A stretch of 64,000 bases of DNA, taken from Salisapilia sapeloensis CBS 127946 (taxonomy: Eukaryota > Protista > Oomycota). The notes beneath the pieces were generated by a model. That model was given only the letters and a program-made list of their open reading frames with translations. It was not told where the DNA came from and ran no database searches. Of the stretch, positions 43,789 to 55,676 are shown piece by piece. Position numbers and translations under genes: made by a program. The stretch spans positions 1 to 64,000 of the forward strand of contig JAADVB010000009.1 in NCBI GenBank assembly GCA_023334545.1, read 5' to 3'. The stretch's first letter is position 1; each line of letters begins with the position of its first letter.

Positions 43789-45792
43789 TCACACTGCTCC
43801 ATTAGCTATATCCATCTCATCGAGTTGCTTGTAGAGATCATCAATCTCTCTTTCAACTAGTTCCTTTTCTCTTGCGTAATCATACGACTCTCGGTCCAGT
43901 TCCCGCTGCCGGTTCACAAGCTGCAGCAATTTTTGATACACCTCCACTGCCTGTCGACTGTCTCCATCAGCTATCTCTCGAGAGATCTTCGAGTTTCTCG
44001 CCATTCGACCTTCAATCAAATCATCAAAATCGTCTTCTTCGATCAAATCCTGCAACGAGCCAGACGTATCCGACGTCGTCATTTTCATATCCGCACTAAA
44101 CTCAGATTCCAATTCACTCTCGATATTCGTCTGCGCATCAATCGGTCGAACTAGCTTGCCAAAGTTATCCGAAATAGCTTTCGTGTACTCGGTCATTTCC
44201 CTCCCACCTTTCGGTATCGACTTGACGACACCAGGAATGGGTCCTTTGAACGAATCGACATCTTGCGACCCGACAGACTCGTTATCACTATCATCCTCAT
44301 TTAATTCGTCCATCTTTATCTGCGTTGTCAATTGACTCGTCATCAAGTCCGTTCCCTTGGATGCACCAAAGTCCATGGATGATGTGTACGTGCCATTCGT
44401 ACTGCGTAAATTCCGATCTGCTTTCTTTCGTACGCTAGCATGATACCCGTGGATTTCACGCACACTCGCTAACGTAGGCGTTAGAGAAGCGTACTTGCGG
44501 TCTTTCGGGTAGGATTGATCCGGTCCGACGCTTTCCCCATCGTCATCTTCGAACGACATCGCACGCCGGGTTCGATACCACATATCCATAGCTCTACTAT
44601 CCGATCGACGTGGTCGACTGTGTTGCGGGCTATGCTTCACTCTTTGTTGGTTCTTATAAACTTCTGTGGCAGCCATCGACGTAGTAGCATGCTTCTCATA
44701 GGACGAAACGGAGCTAGAGTCACTGGAATGTTCACTACAGGCTATCGACATTGGAGTACTAGTTCGTGCGGAATGAGATCGACGAGATTGTACCATTTTA
44801 ATCTTCCCGACGCAATGATTGCAAACTCGGGCTTTCTCAGAGGTATGCTTCATCCCTGGAGGACTCGTGTACCTCGTGCAACGGTGACAAACGACTTCAC
44901 CACAGTATCGACACCGAGTTTTTCGAACCATAAGCGAGAACTTAACTTGACAGACAAAGCATCTAGAGCGTGTGTCCTTTGGCAGGAGTTCATAGTCGTG
45001 TAAGAACCTTGTCCGAACACCATTTTGACGGGCACGGATGATCGTGTCGAGCGAACCGAGGGATATTACTCGCTGCAAAGCGAAGTTTGAAAAGACTCGA
45101 GTGTCGACATTGCCTTTAAGGCTAATGCCGCAGCTGTAGATGGCATCGATAAAGCCATCATGCTGCGACTCGATCATGACGTAACCACTGCTGTAGTACC
45201 CTGCGCGAACGAAATCAAACTTTCGCTCCAAGTCCGGCACAGCCGGCAGTTTGATCGAGTGGTAGGCACGTACCCATCCCTTGCGTCCAGTGATCGGGTC
45301 TTTGAATGTGTCTTGACACTCGAGCGTGACAAAGTCCGCGATGACGTTAGTCCCGGAAGACTGGATATTCATGGCAGACCACTTCATATTTATCTGTTCC
45401 TGATATTCTGTCGCTTCAGATGGGTCGATGAGAGAGTAGAGTACGATGCTGTCTACAATGGTCGAGTCGTACATGGACCTCGCACGAGCTTTTTTTGTCG
45501 TCGACATATCGAAGAAATCGACACATTCGTCCAATGTGGCTTGTATTCGCGTGGCACCGCATAGATAACGGACCAACTCGTCTGCAGAGCTCTCATGTCC
45601 CTTGTGAACACCTTCATAGAGCTGGACGTGATTCTTGACTCCAGCTTCCATCCACCCAATGCGACCGGAGGAAGTGCGAGTCGTTTGAATGAGCTCATTC
45701 GCCAAGTCTCTAGCTTTTCGAATAAAGTACTTGCGTTCTCGTTCCCTCAGCGATGGCAGCCGAAAGTAGTCCTGTGGAAGTCGAGACGTCAT
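43789..45792 (-). CDS. START-like domain + FYVE-type zinc finger protein (oomycete-expanded family), paralog 1
   Basis: Likely ATG at 45792 (MTSRLPQDYFRLP); the track starts at an upstream TTG. DFVTLECQ, RKGWVRAYHSIKLP, RAGYYSSGYV; finger CFVC..CRYCGEVVCHRC..CNHC. Confidence 0.88.
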   Translation of the reverse strand: MTSRLPQDYFRLPSLRERERKYFIRKARDLANELIQTTRTSSGRIGWMEAGVKNHVQLYEGVHKGHESSADELVRYLCGATRIQATLDECVDFFDMSTTKKARARSMYDSTIVDSIVLYSLIDPSEATEYQEQINMKWSAMNIQSSGTNVIADFVTLECQDTFKDPITGRKGWVRAYHSIKLPAVPDLERKFDFVRAGYYSSGYVMIESQHDGFIDAIYSCGISLKGNVDTRVFSNFALQRVISLGSLDTIIRARQNGVRTRFLHDYELLPKDTRSRCFVCQVKFSLMVRKTRCRYCGEVVCHRCTRYTSPPGMKHTSEKARVCNHCVGKIKMVQSRRSHSARTSTPMSIACSEHSSDSSSVSSYEKHATTSMAATEVYKNQQRVKHSPQHSRPRRSDSRAMDMWYRTRRAMSFEDDDGESVGPDQSYPKDRKYASLTPTLASVREIHGYHASVRKKADRNLRSTNGTYTSSMDFGASKGTDLMTSQLTTQIKMDELNEDDSDNESVGSQDVDSFKGPIPGVVKSIPKGGREMTEYTKAISDNFGKLVRPIDAQTNIESELESEFSADMKMTTSDTSGSLQDLIEEDDFDDLIEGRMARNSKISREIADGDSRQAVEVYQKLLQLVNRQRELDRESYDYAREKELVEREIDDLYKQLDEMDIANGAV

Positions 45793-46835
45793 CTGCCTGC
45801 AATGAAACTTTTGCGTGTGAGCCTGTGCGAGGTATTGGAGCTGATATGCAGATATAGGTTCACTCAGCGGTCGCAAGACACCCTCGGATGATCAAATGTC
45901 TAGTAGATGGTTCTAAATCTCAGCGACTGTCAGCTCGTCTTGGAATGTGGCTTGTTGCGAAGAACATGGTAGGCCTCGAAGCATCATCGACGTCACAGCT
46001 GTCTATTGTGTACGTGGCCGCGTGACACTTCAATTGATTTATTTGTGCAAGCTAATTGTCTTCGCGACGACGTGAGCGAGGGAGATAGCGATGGGGGGCC
46101 AAAAGCTACCTGTATTTGCATGGGTTCCTGTGGTTTCTTGAGATAATTTCGCTATCGAAACTAACTGTACTCTTTGGCGTGGATAAGTCCAGCTTGGTGA
46201 CGTGGACCGTCTGATGATACCTTAGTGGTAGCTTGGTGGTAGGCTAATGGGCAAACGACAAAGCGAAAGAACATGTGAAGAGGAGAGTAGAAAAATCTTG
46301 AAACCTCCAGCTAAGATATATCATCACACGTACACTGTTTTGCTCCTGACTCTACGTATATTCGTTTGTATTTTCTGTTTTGGTATTCTTATAACTTGTT
46401 ATTTTCCCTTTGCCTCGTACGCATTGGTCATACTTGATTCGAAGTGTGGTATGAAATGACTTACCATGTCTTCTTTTTCTATCGTGACTTCTTTCTTTCC
46501 CCGTCGAAGCAATGGTAACCTCGTCAGCAGAAATTTCAATGCTCAATGGTTTCGGTGAATATTTCGAGCAATAAGTTGTTTCTCGTGCTTCTTGCAATGC
46601 TTGGAAGAGTGAGCTTACTGCTCATCGAAACGGTGGTACGACTCGTACGTCGTCTTTGCTCAAACACATCCGATTGTGGTAGACACCTTGATTTATATAC
46701 CTCGGTCTCATCGTTACAGCTTGCTCTACCTCAACATCGAGCATCATTCATCAGTTTACACTTTACGACACGTCATCGCTCCAGTAGAATATTGAATTAA
46801 TCTTTTTAAATTTTCTCTCGCATATCGATACTGGC

Positions 46836-49274
46836 TTAGTTTAGTTCCTCAAGCTGGGCATACAATGTCTGCAGCTCTTGATGTACTTCCTTGAGTCGAT
46901 CCTCGTCCGGTTCATCCTGCAATTCGAGCGCACGCTGTTCATTCGTCAAGTCTAGAATCTGTCTGTACATGCCCAGCATCTTCACATGCTTATCCTCTTT
47001 CGTTGGGCTGACTTCCGGAGCCTGTATTACAGACTGCACTCGTTGCCGTGGCACCAACAGCTCCTCATCCACTGAGCCATATGAGCCGCCTCGATCTCTC
47101 CCAGTCGAGGCACCATCGCTACTACTATCGAACTCGTTCATACTACTTCCCGTCCTCTCCTGATACTGGCTGTCGATACTAGCGCATTCGACATCAAATG
47201 CGCTCAGTACGAAATCTGAATAGCTTTCCATACTCAGCAGCTGATCCTCCTCTGGCGATCCATCTTCCTCCACATCTTCCTCCACATCGGACAATATCTG
47301 CTCATGCAAAGCAGTTTCGTCTTCCATCTCACTACCGCTAGACGTGTACACGTCATCTGGACCCATCGACAGACTCTCTTCTTCCGGTTCCACAGAGCTT
47401 GAATCAGTCGATTTGATCGGTTTGGAAGATACCTGGTCACCCCTATCGGCTACGACGACATCTTTCTCAACGACGGGAGCTTCATCAACATTGAAGGTTG
47501 CCTCTGGATTAAACTCGGTCGAGTCAAGATCTTCCTCTATAGCCTGATCATAATCTGGAAGGTCTCCTGAGCAAGACGCATTCGTCTCTGACCCTGTCTT
47601 ATCACTCGACTTGGTTGGACTCTCTTGACTATGTTTTGGAGCCTTGTCATGCTTTCTACCTTCACTACGCCGTGAAGCAGTCTCTCTCGAATGGATTCGA
47701 TCCGATCTAAAGGACTTTACATCACTATGTACCGAGCTCTGAACCTGCACGACACGTTGCGAACCGAAAGCCGGATGGACTATGAAGTCCGGATCCATGT
47801 CTCCAACTTCCTCCACATCATCAAAAACATCATCATCTGGACAAATACTCTCACCACTCTCCGAAGAAGAGGTCATACTTCTACGAAGTGCCTGAGTATC
47901 CAAATGGAAGCTATACTCGTCTTCATCGACGTTACGGATCGAAGGTTGTGGCGGTTGAGACTCGTTCAGTGGAAACGGGCGGCTGCTACTGCTATCTGTG
48001 CGCTGGCGACCTACTTGGGGGACGTTCAGGCGCTCATGAGGCTTTGGCCAGCTCATACGCGAAGAAGAGGAGTTCGAGGAACCAGACAATGGCCGCGATC
48101 TGGCGGACGGATGAGACGCCTGACGGGATGTTGCTTGGCACCTAGAGCACATACGAACGCGTTTGGCACCAGTCGTTGGAAGGACGATGGACCAGACACT
48201 ACTACATGGCTGGCACACGACTTCACCGCATTTACGGCAGTTTGCCTTCTTCTGTAGTTTGCCGAATTTCGTTCGACAGACGTAGCACCGGTACCGATCC
48301 GACGTCGGGACGAGTTCCAAGTCACTTAAAAACCGCTCGACGCCTAGTCGACGACGTACTATCGCTGATTCTAACTTGGCCAACACAGCCACTCGGCGTG
48401 TTGCCATCATCGTGAAGAGTTTCTTACTACCTGTTAAGTTCCCTTTTAGATTCACCGCATGGCACATGATCGCTTCCACTCGTCCAGGGACGTCGGATTC
48501 GATGAAGACGTAGCCAGAATGATAAAAACTCGCTCGAACGTAACCATGCGTCTTCTGTCGGTCCGGACAAGTGGGTAATCGGACCGAGTGGAAACATCGA
48601 ACCCATCCTCGACGGTTGGTCGCAGGGTCCCGGAACTCATCTTGACTTTCCAGCGTCACAAAGTCGCGATGACGAAGGATGGTGGCAGGAGATCGCAGCA
48701 ATGTCCACTTGAGCGTAATCTGCCTCATAGCAGGTCGACCTGGCTTTCGTCGAGAGGGCGGAACCACAGTCGCTAGCACTCGCTGTTCCAACACGTCCGG
48801 TTCATACTGGACAAAGTCGTTTACTTTTTTCGTGTCCGATGTGTCGTAGTGCATAGCCACATCTTCCAATGTTGCTTGCATCGTAGTAATGCCGCATACG
48901 TAGTGAACTTGAGAGGAGTTTGGTAGTGGGGCACCCGCTCGAGGTGACCCGGTATACATTTGGACACCTTCGCGTCTGGAAGCTTGGACCCATTCGACCG
49001 GACCTTGCGCGTCCCGTGTCATGCTTAACAGCATCTTGGCTGAATCTCGAGCTTTCGCAATGAAGTACCGGCGCTCCTTGCGACTCAGACGCGGCACATC
49101 AACGAGGCCACTGGTGAGGCCATCGCCGAAACTCGAAGCGGACTGCATACTCTGACAAGTGTCAACTTCTGGACCTTGAGCTATAAATGGAAATTCCAAC
49201 TGACGGTGATTGGCGACGTGGCAAATGGCATATCCCCCCGGCTCTCGTCCTGCATGGTCGATTTGTCGTCTCAT
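46836..49274 (-). CDS. START-like domain + FYVE-type zinc finger protein, tandem paralog 2
   Basis: RHRDFVTLESQ, RRGWVRCFHSVRLP, RASFYHSGYV; finger CYVC..CRKCGEVVCQPC..CSRC; long acidic tail. The true start may be the internal Met (MQSASS, about 49148). Confidence 0.88.
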   Translation of the reverse strand: MRRQIDHAGREPGGYAICHVANHRQLEFPFIAQGPEVDTCQSMQSASSFGDGLTSGLVDVPRLSRKERRYFIAKARDSAKMLLSMTRDAQGPVEWVQASRREGVQMYTGSPRAGAPLPNSSQVHYVCGITTMQATLEDVAMHYDTSDTKKVNDFVQYEPDVLEQRVLATVVPPSRRKPGRPAMRQITLKWTLLRSPATILRHRDFVTLESQDEFRDPATNRRGWVRCFHSVRLPTCPDRQKTHGYVRASFYHSGYVFIESDVPGRVEAIMCHAVNLKGNLTGSKKLFTMMATRRVAVLAKLESAIVRRRLGVERFLSDLELVPTSDRYRCYVCRTKFGKLQKKANCRKCGEVVCQPCSSVWSIVLPTTGAKRVRMCSRCQATSRQASHPSARSRPLSGSSNSSSSRMSWPKPHERLNVPQVGRQRTDSSSSRPFPLNESQPPQPSIRNVDEDEYSFHLDTQALRRSMTSSSESGESICPDDDVFDDVEEVGDMDPDFIVHPAFGSQRVVQVQSSVHSDVKSFRSDRIHSRETASRRSEGRKHDKAPKHSQESPTKSSDKTGSETNASCSGDLPDYDQAIEEDLDSTEFNPEATFNVDEAPVVEKDVVVADRGDQVSSKPIKSTDSSSVEPEEESLSMGPDDVYTSSGSEMEDETALHEQILSDVEEDVEEDGSPEEDQLLSMESYSDFVLSAFDVECASIDSQYQERTGSSMNEFDSSSDGASTGRDRGGSYGSVDEELLVPRQRVQSVIQAPEVSPTKEDKHVKMLGMYRQILDLTNEQRALELQDEPDEDRLKEVHQELQTLYAQLEELN

Positions 49275-50052
49275 CGTGGCCTGGCCATCCCCATGTGAGC
49301 TGGCGAAGCCTAAGGGTTATTCGGCTTTGGATTGCGATACAAACGTCATACGGACGGGATGAGAGTGAATTATTCGATGTAACCGACGCTTCTATCATTG
49401 TCATGGTTAGGAAAAGAGGCGTGCTCACGCGATTCTAGCTATTTAAAGCTTACGTGAATAGATGCTCAAATTCTAGTGATGGGAAGGGAGAGAGTGAGGC
49501 GGATGCACATGGGGATCTGATAATTCCAACCGAAAGAATCGACTCGTGCTCTTCCCAATCGTTCACGAGGCCATGTAGGAGTTCATGGCCTCGGTTACCA
49601 CATGGCTATACCGTCTCGATTTCAAATGGCGTGATCGAGATACACCATAATTTTGGCATCCATGTGCGATCGATGAAGAGCTGTCCACCAGATGAGTCAA
49701 ATAGCTTCTTGAAAATTGCATGGGTACAAGTTCAAATTGGCCCGTATTCAGCACCTCCAAAGGATGGATAGAAGCATGTAAGCGGTCCGTTAGATCAACG
49801 AAAAGCGCAAATCTCATCTACCGAACTTGAGGAACAACGCACTAACGCTTCGTCTACTTGTTGAATATGACGAGGAAGTACCATGCGGTAACTTGGGCTC
49901 GAGAAAAATTTTCGCGTCGAAACTTGTTCGCAAGTACCCAAAATAGCTTCCATCGTTGTCGTTTCGTTCTTCCAGCCTACCACAGATCTTCCACGCTTCC
50001 TACTCTCCGACTTGCACCGCATTCTTGCACGTCTATTCATTGATATATTATC

Positions 50053-52335
50053 ATGACCGAAAAGTCTAGTAAACACGATGAATGCGTCCGTGTCATGGTT
50101 CGCATTCGGCCGATGAGCCACAAAGAGAAACAGGACGGCTGCAATGAAGTCGTGGCCGCAAATTTCGATCGAGCAGAAGTCGCTGTCAATAACTCGGCAG
50201 TAAGTGAACCTGCCAAAACTTTTACGTTTGATGCAGCTTTCGGCTCGAACTCGACCCAGCAACAAGTGTACGATACGGCCGCAGCTGAGATCGTTGAAGC
50301 AGTGATGGAAGGATACAACGGGACAATATTTGCATACGGACAGGTACCACGACTTTTACCAAATATGATATCCTGTTGATGATATTCCTATCTCCGGTAG
50401 ACCGGTGCTGGTAAATCCTTTACGATGGAAGGGTACGGAAATGATCCTGGCATTATCCCGTTTTCGTTCAAGCACATTTTCGATAAAGTTGCTATCTCTA
50501 CGAACAAACGCATCTTGGTGCGAGCATCATATCTGGAAATCTACAACGAAGAGATTCGAGACTTGCTCGGGAAAGATCCTCGAGCTCGTTTGGACATGAA
50601 AGAGAACGCTGACTCTGGTTTTTACGTGAAGAACTTGACCGCTCAAGTCGTGAAAGACGCTGCTGAAATTGATCATGTCATGCAAGTGGGTAAGAAGAAC
50701 CGAAGCGTTGGTGCGACTTTGATGAATCAGACATCGTCTCGATCGCACTCGGTCTTTACGATCGTGATTGAAAGTCTGAGTGACAAGAGCGACACATCGG
50801 ATGGAAAGGAACATGTATGTGTGGGCAAGCTAAATCTTGTCGATCTTGCTGGTAGTGAACGGCAGTCAAAGACCGGCGCGACAGGGTCTCGACTACAGGA
50901 AGCAAATAAGATCAATCTGTCCTTGTCAGCTCTTGGCAATGTCATCTCTGCGTTGGTCGATGGCAAGTCTCAGCATATACCATACAGAGACTCGAAGCTC
51001 ACACGTCTCCTGCGAGATTCGCTTGGTGGCAACACGAAGACGGTCATGATTGCCAACTGTGGACCAGCAGACTTGAATTACGACGAAACCTTGACAACGC
51101 TCCGATACGCCAGTCGAGCGAAGAATATCAAGAACAAGCCAAAGATCAATGAAGATCCAAAGGATGCCATGATTCGTGAATTTCAGGAGGAAATTGAAGA
51201 GCTGCAAGCCAAGCTCCTGGCGATGGAACAGCTACCTGCCAATCCAGCAGATGCACTAGCGGTTCAAAGCTCGGAAGAGGTGATTGAAGTGGAGAAAGTA
51301 GTAGAGAAGATAGTTATTGAGAAAGGAGTAAGTGAAGAAGAGGCTCGCTCGATTGCTGAGAAGGCGAAGAAAGAGAAGGAAGAGATGCTAAAGCAGACGC
51401 AGAATGACTTGGCCTTGGTTGCCAAAGACAAAGCACTGGCTGAGCACAATAAACGAGAGATCGAACTTCGACTAGAGAAAGAGAAGGAATTGGCATTATC
51501 GATGGAGAAACAGCAGCAAGAATATGCCTCCAAGCTAAAAGCGTTGCAAGCCAAATTACTAGTTGGTGGAGAGATGATGACGAAAGCTGCACAGCAGGAA
51601 GATGATTTACGTCGTGCCAAGATGGAGTTGGAAGAACGGAAGCGACAGGAGTTGGCGTTGGCAAGAGAATTAGCAGAAAGAGAGGAAAATAACTTGATGC
51701 GAGAAGAACAGTATCAATCGTTACAGGAAGAGGCGGAAGCAAAGGCGAAGAAACTCAAGAAGGTGTATGTTAAAGTCAAGGAAGTCCTTGGAGACGTCAA
51801 GCAGCTTGAAAAGAGTCAAGCTCGTGAACGAGAAGACTTGTTGGACACCATTCGGCAGCTTACTGCTCAATTGAAACTCAAAGGGCTGATACTCGATAGA
51901 TATGTACCACCTGAAGCAGTGACGTTACTGGAAGGTCGAGCCCGTTGGAGTGACGAAGACGATGATTTTCTCATGGACAAGCTCGAACTTGCTGGTAACT
52001 CCTTACGATCCAAGCAACGTCCGCCTTCTGCGAGTGGAATGCGTCGCCCAGAGACATCATCTGAAGCGAAGAGGAAGCAGAAAATGGGATCAAGTAGCCA
52101 GAGTCCTGCTAGCGATGACGAGGAAGACGAGAAGGAGGAGGAGCAGATCATGAATTATCCATTCTTTGTCTATCTTTCGGACGACGAAGAAGGTAATGGG
52201 TACGCTCTCGCCACCTCAGAGCATTGTCAAGTTACCACAGCAAGTAGTCGACCAAAGACAGCGAAGAAGTCCTCCAAGTCGAGCTCTAAAAGTAGTTCGA
52301 GACGTCCCGAGACAGCACATAGTCGGAAAAAATAA
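50053..52335 (+). CDS. KIF3: Kinesin-II (KIF3/FLA10-like) motor subunit, 2 exons
   Basis: Exons 50053-50343 and 50401-52335; splicing restores the P-loop AYGQ|TGAGKS. YLEIYNE, SSRSH, LVDLAGSER, NEDPKDAMIREFQEEI, coiled-coil stalk. Confidence 0.93.
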
Positions 52336-52414
52336 GAATACAGAGCAAAGACGTTACCGGAACGTTGTATTATGTTTCTTATCATCTACATATACATCAC
52401 GACGAGATGCGTAG

Positions 52415-54156
52415 CTAAGACGGCATGAGGAAGGACGAGCTGACGACCTCTTGCTCACACCGGATCGCTATGACGAGAATCTGCATCATCCAGAACTGGA
52501 CACTCGCGACAGCTGAGCACGGGACTGCACCACCGAAAAAGTCGTGGCAGTCCTCTCCATTTTCTCCTGCTCGTTCATACAAACCCCAACTCGTTACTTC
52601 TCCCCACGCTTCCTTTTCGGCCGTCGCAGGCGGATTTGTGCATGCCGGGTTGACTCGAATGTTCCTTCCTGCGGGATCAATCGATCTAAATAGAAGCATG
52701 TACCCTTGTTCGACTTCGACTAGCGACACGAGCAGCAATGCTTTCAAGACAAAGTTGCGCTCAGGTTGCTGGATCGTTCGATAGAAGATGACGTTGGACG
52801 AGTCCACTCGCTGGACGAGGTGGAATCGAATACGCAAGTTGGACGAATAGACACGATGCATGCCTTCTTCCGTTGACAACAACGACCAGACTTTTTGAGC
52901 AATGTCTTCCATCCGTTGATGTTTAAAAGTCTTTTCTAACGCAAATTTAAACACACCATCTTCCTCATGCCGCCGATCAGTCCAGCCAAAGACACTCGCT
53001 CCAGTTGTCTCGTAGCTCTCACACTCGCGAAAGGACACGGCTTCTTTATATGCATCACATGCAATACGCATGCACTCGTCCGACGTCATGGGTTTCATCA
53101 GAATGGCAGCAGACGATGGGACACCTTCGTCTTCATGACGCGGAGGAGACGAGACGAGTTCCTGTGCTTCCTCCTTCCGGTCTTCTCCCATCATGATATT
53201 CAGCCTCGTTCGGACTTTGGATTGCTCTACAGCCATGGCACGTAGCTCTTCATTCTCCTTTCGCAACTGATTTTTGGAGATCGAGAGCTGTGCATACTTT
53301 TCTCTCAACTCTTCTGTAGACGCGATGGAAGAAGTCGATGCGTTTGATGAAGCAGAGGAAGACAGGTATGTGTTTGTAACTCGCATGTGCTGCAGCGACG
53401 ACTGATACTTTTGCTCCAGCTCTTCCACAGTCGATCGTAAGCTCTTAATCGTGTCCTGTCCGTACCTTGTCCATCAGTCTTGGTTACATAAAAGGAATGA
53501 ATAGTAGACGTACGATCTTGCGATAGTAAGATTTGCGCACGAGTTGTCGTTGTCGCTGCCGTTTCTCCTCTTCCGTGAGCTTGACACCTTTGCGTCCAGT
53601 CTTTTTTACTTGACTGCTGTCGGCATTGCTACTGTGCTTCTTAAAGGTCGACGGTACTGGCGAGAAGTGGAGGTTGGGCGAGTATGATGCACAAGTAGGT
53701 TCAGAAACTGCCTGTGACGATGGCCAACTTGTCGTCGGACGTATGCTTGCCACCTGTTTAGGTTGTGTTTGAGATACTGCCGATACACTCATCCCGCCGG
53801 AGACGCCTTGGGAATGGAGAGCCTGGACGATTCCGTTCATCGAGATACCATTCATCGTCTTCTTGCGTTCATTCCCTGCTTTCTTGCGTCTATAGACCAT
53901 AAATAAGACTTTTGCTATATAAATATACAACTAGGGAGACGTACTGCTGGGAGTAGAGGTCGAGGGAAGCCATGTCCATGCGTTTGTGCGTGCGAGGCTT
54001 GTAGGACTGTCTAATTGCTGGTGTCTGGTGCATGGAAGGCAAGTGTCTACTTGTGTCTGAACATGACGACGTCGATGGTTCTGTCTGGAAGTGTTCATTA
54101 TGAGGTACTGCCGTCCGTTCTTCCCGTAGACTTGTCAAGATGTCTGCGATGTCCAT
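52415..54156 (-). CDS. bZIP-like protein with C-terminal START-like domain (oomycete M96-like family), 3 exons, 542 aa
   Basis: Exons 54156-53945, 53889-53514, 53455-52415. Basic region KRQRQRQLVRKSYYRK followed by a leucine zipper; C-terminal VFGWTDRR, FHLVQRVD, LLFRSID. Confidence 0.82.
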
Positions 54157-54596
54157 CCTGTGCTAGAGGAGCAGTAGATATGGAAATGGAGGCGAGGGAG
54201 TCGAAACTGAATGCAAGTGATGACGTGATGAATAGCTCTTGGACGGTCTATGGCGCGGAACATCGAAGCAATCTGGCCAAATTATGCAAAAAGTGCTAAA
54301 AAGTACCAATGAAATCACGCGTTGGTAGGACAGAATCAGGACCAGGGAGGTCTTGTATTATGTAGGTACGACACATCCTTTTTATATGGAAGATATCGTT
54401 TGTATTCTCAAAAATCGAAATACAAGAGCAGTTTAAAATTCCACCTCGTACGACTTCAACGCATATGCAGATTTGTCATACCAGCTCGATGTGTAATCAA
54501 GCGGGAGGAGGTGACGTACCACTTTATGCAGACAGCAATCATCATACAACGTCACAAAGATACATTATCAGTCCGTCATTAACTTTGTATTTCGTT

Positions 54597-55676
54597 CTAC
54601 GGACCACTTTTGCCAGTACGTCGATCCGGCCCGATGTACGGACCTTGGTTGCCAGCCCAGGAAGCGTAATTCGGTTGCTGATCGGCACTCATGCGAATGG
54701 ACTGATGATCAGCTCTTCCTACATTCGCAGACGCCGTCTGGTAGTTTCTCGGGTGCGGATTGAACGGCTGCTTACTTAGTGGCATTCGAATTTCCTGGTA
54801 TCCATGACGTTTGCCTCGACGAGAGCACATGATGTAGCAAGAGAGCCCGACGAGAGCGATTTCGAACAGGGCGACGGCGAGGACGAAGACAGCAATCAAG
54901 AGTGATTGGTCGTTAACCCACGTGATTAATCGACTTTCACACGCACAGAGCATCGTGTGCTCCGTGAATGAGTCTTCTCCGAGCGTGAACTGGTGGCCGG
55001 CACAGCTGAGAAAGTCGCTGCCTGGTAGCAAGTCTTCATTCTTCAATTTGCAATTGTTCATGACGAACGGCGCAAACCATTTAAACTCCGGATTGGAACA
55101 GGATGCCATCAACTCATGATCGTCGGATGTGAGATCGATATCGACAGTCAATCCGCAGTGGCGGTAGGCATCTTTGAACCGACGATTGATCCATTTTAAG
55201 ATCGATTGGTCGTCCTACTTGATCCTGTCAATACCTGCTTTCTTATTTCAACTACTAGAGAAGTACCTTGGCGAGCTGACTGAGGTCGAAACTATGGGCA
55301 GAAGCATTCACGAGCGAGTCGTGGACGTGGAACATGAATCCAGCAAGCGTGAATTCAGCAATGACCGAGACGAGGACCAAAATGGCGTATGGAAATAGAA
55401 ACACTTTACTCTCCCACTGAGCGCCACATCCGCCTAGAAGCGCGATGAGGACAATGAGGGATCCACACGTGATCAAGGAGCTCGCGACGCCATCTTCTGA
55501 GAACTCATTTAGCTCCGGTAGAGACACCATGTAGCCTAGATACGATAAGTAAAGGATATAGAGTACTATATATCTAGCATAAAACCTCCGAGGGTGAGTA
55601 GGACAGCTCCTAGGAGTAGGAAGAGGACATTCGTGAAGACGAGGACGCTGCGCGAGAGAGATCGCCACGGATGCAT
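54597..55676 (-). CDS. Tetraspanin-like protein, 3 exons, 325 aa
   Basis: Exons 55676-55586, 55535-55267, 55214-54597. Three N-terminal TMs (N..FLLLG..L, LLGGCGAQWESK), Cys-containing large loop, fourth TM, cytosolic tail. Confidence 0.85.

Noticed and set aside
46352-46600. Open minus-strand frame ending at a perfect GTAAGT donor (46464) between the START-FYVE paralogs
   Set aside because: No in-frame ATG and no acceptor giving a sensible joined product; at most a UTR intron.
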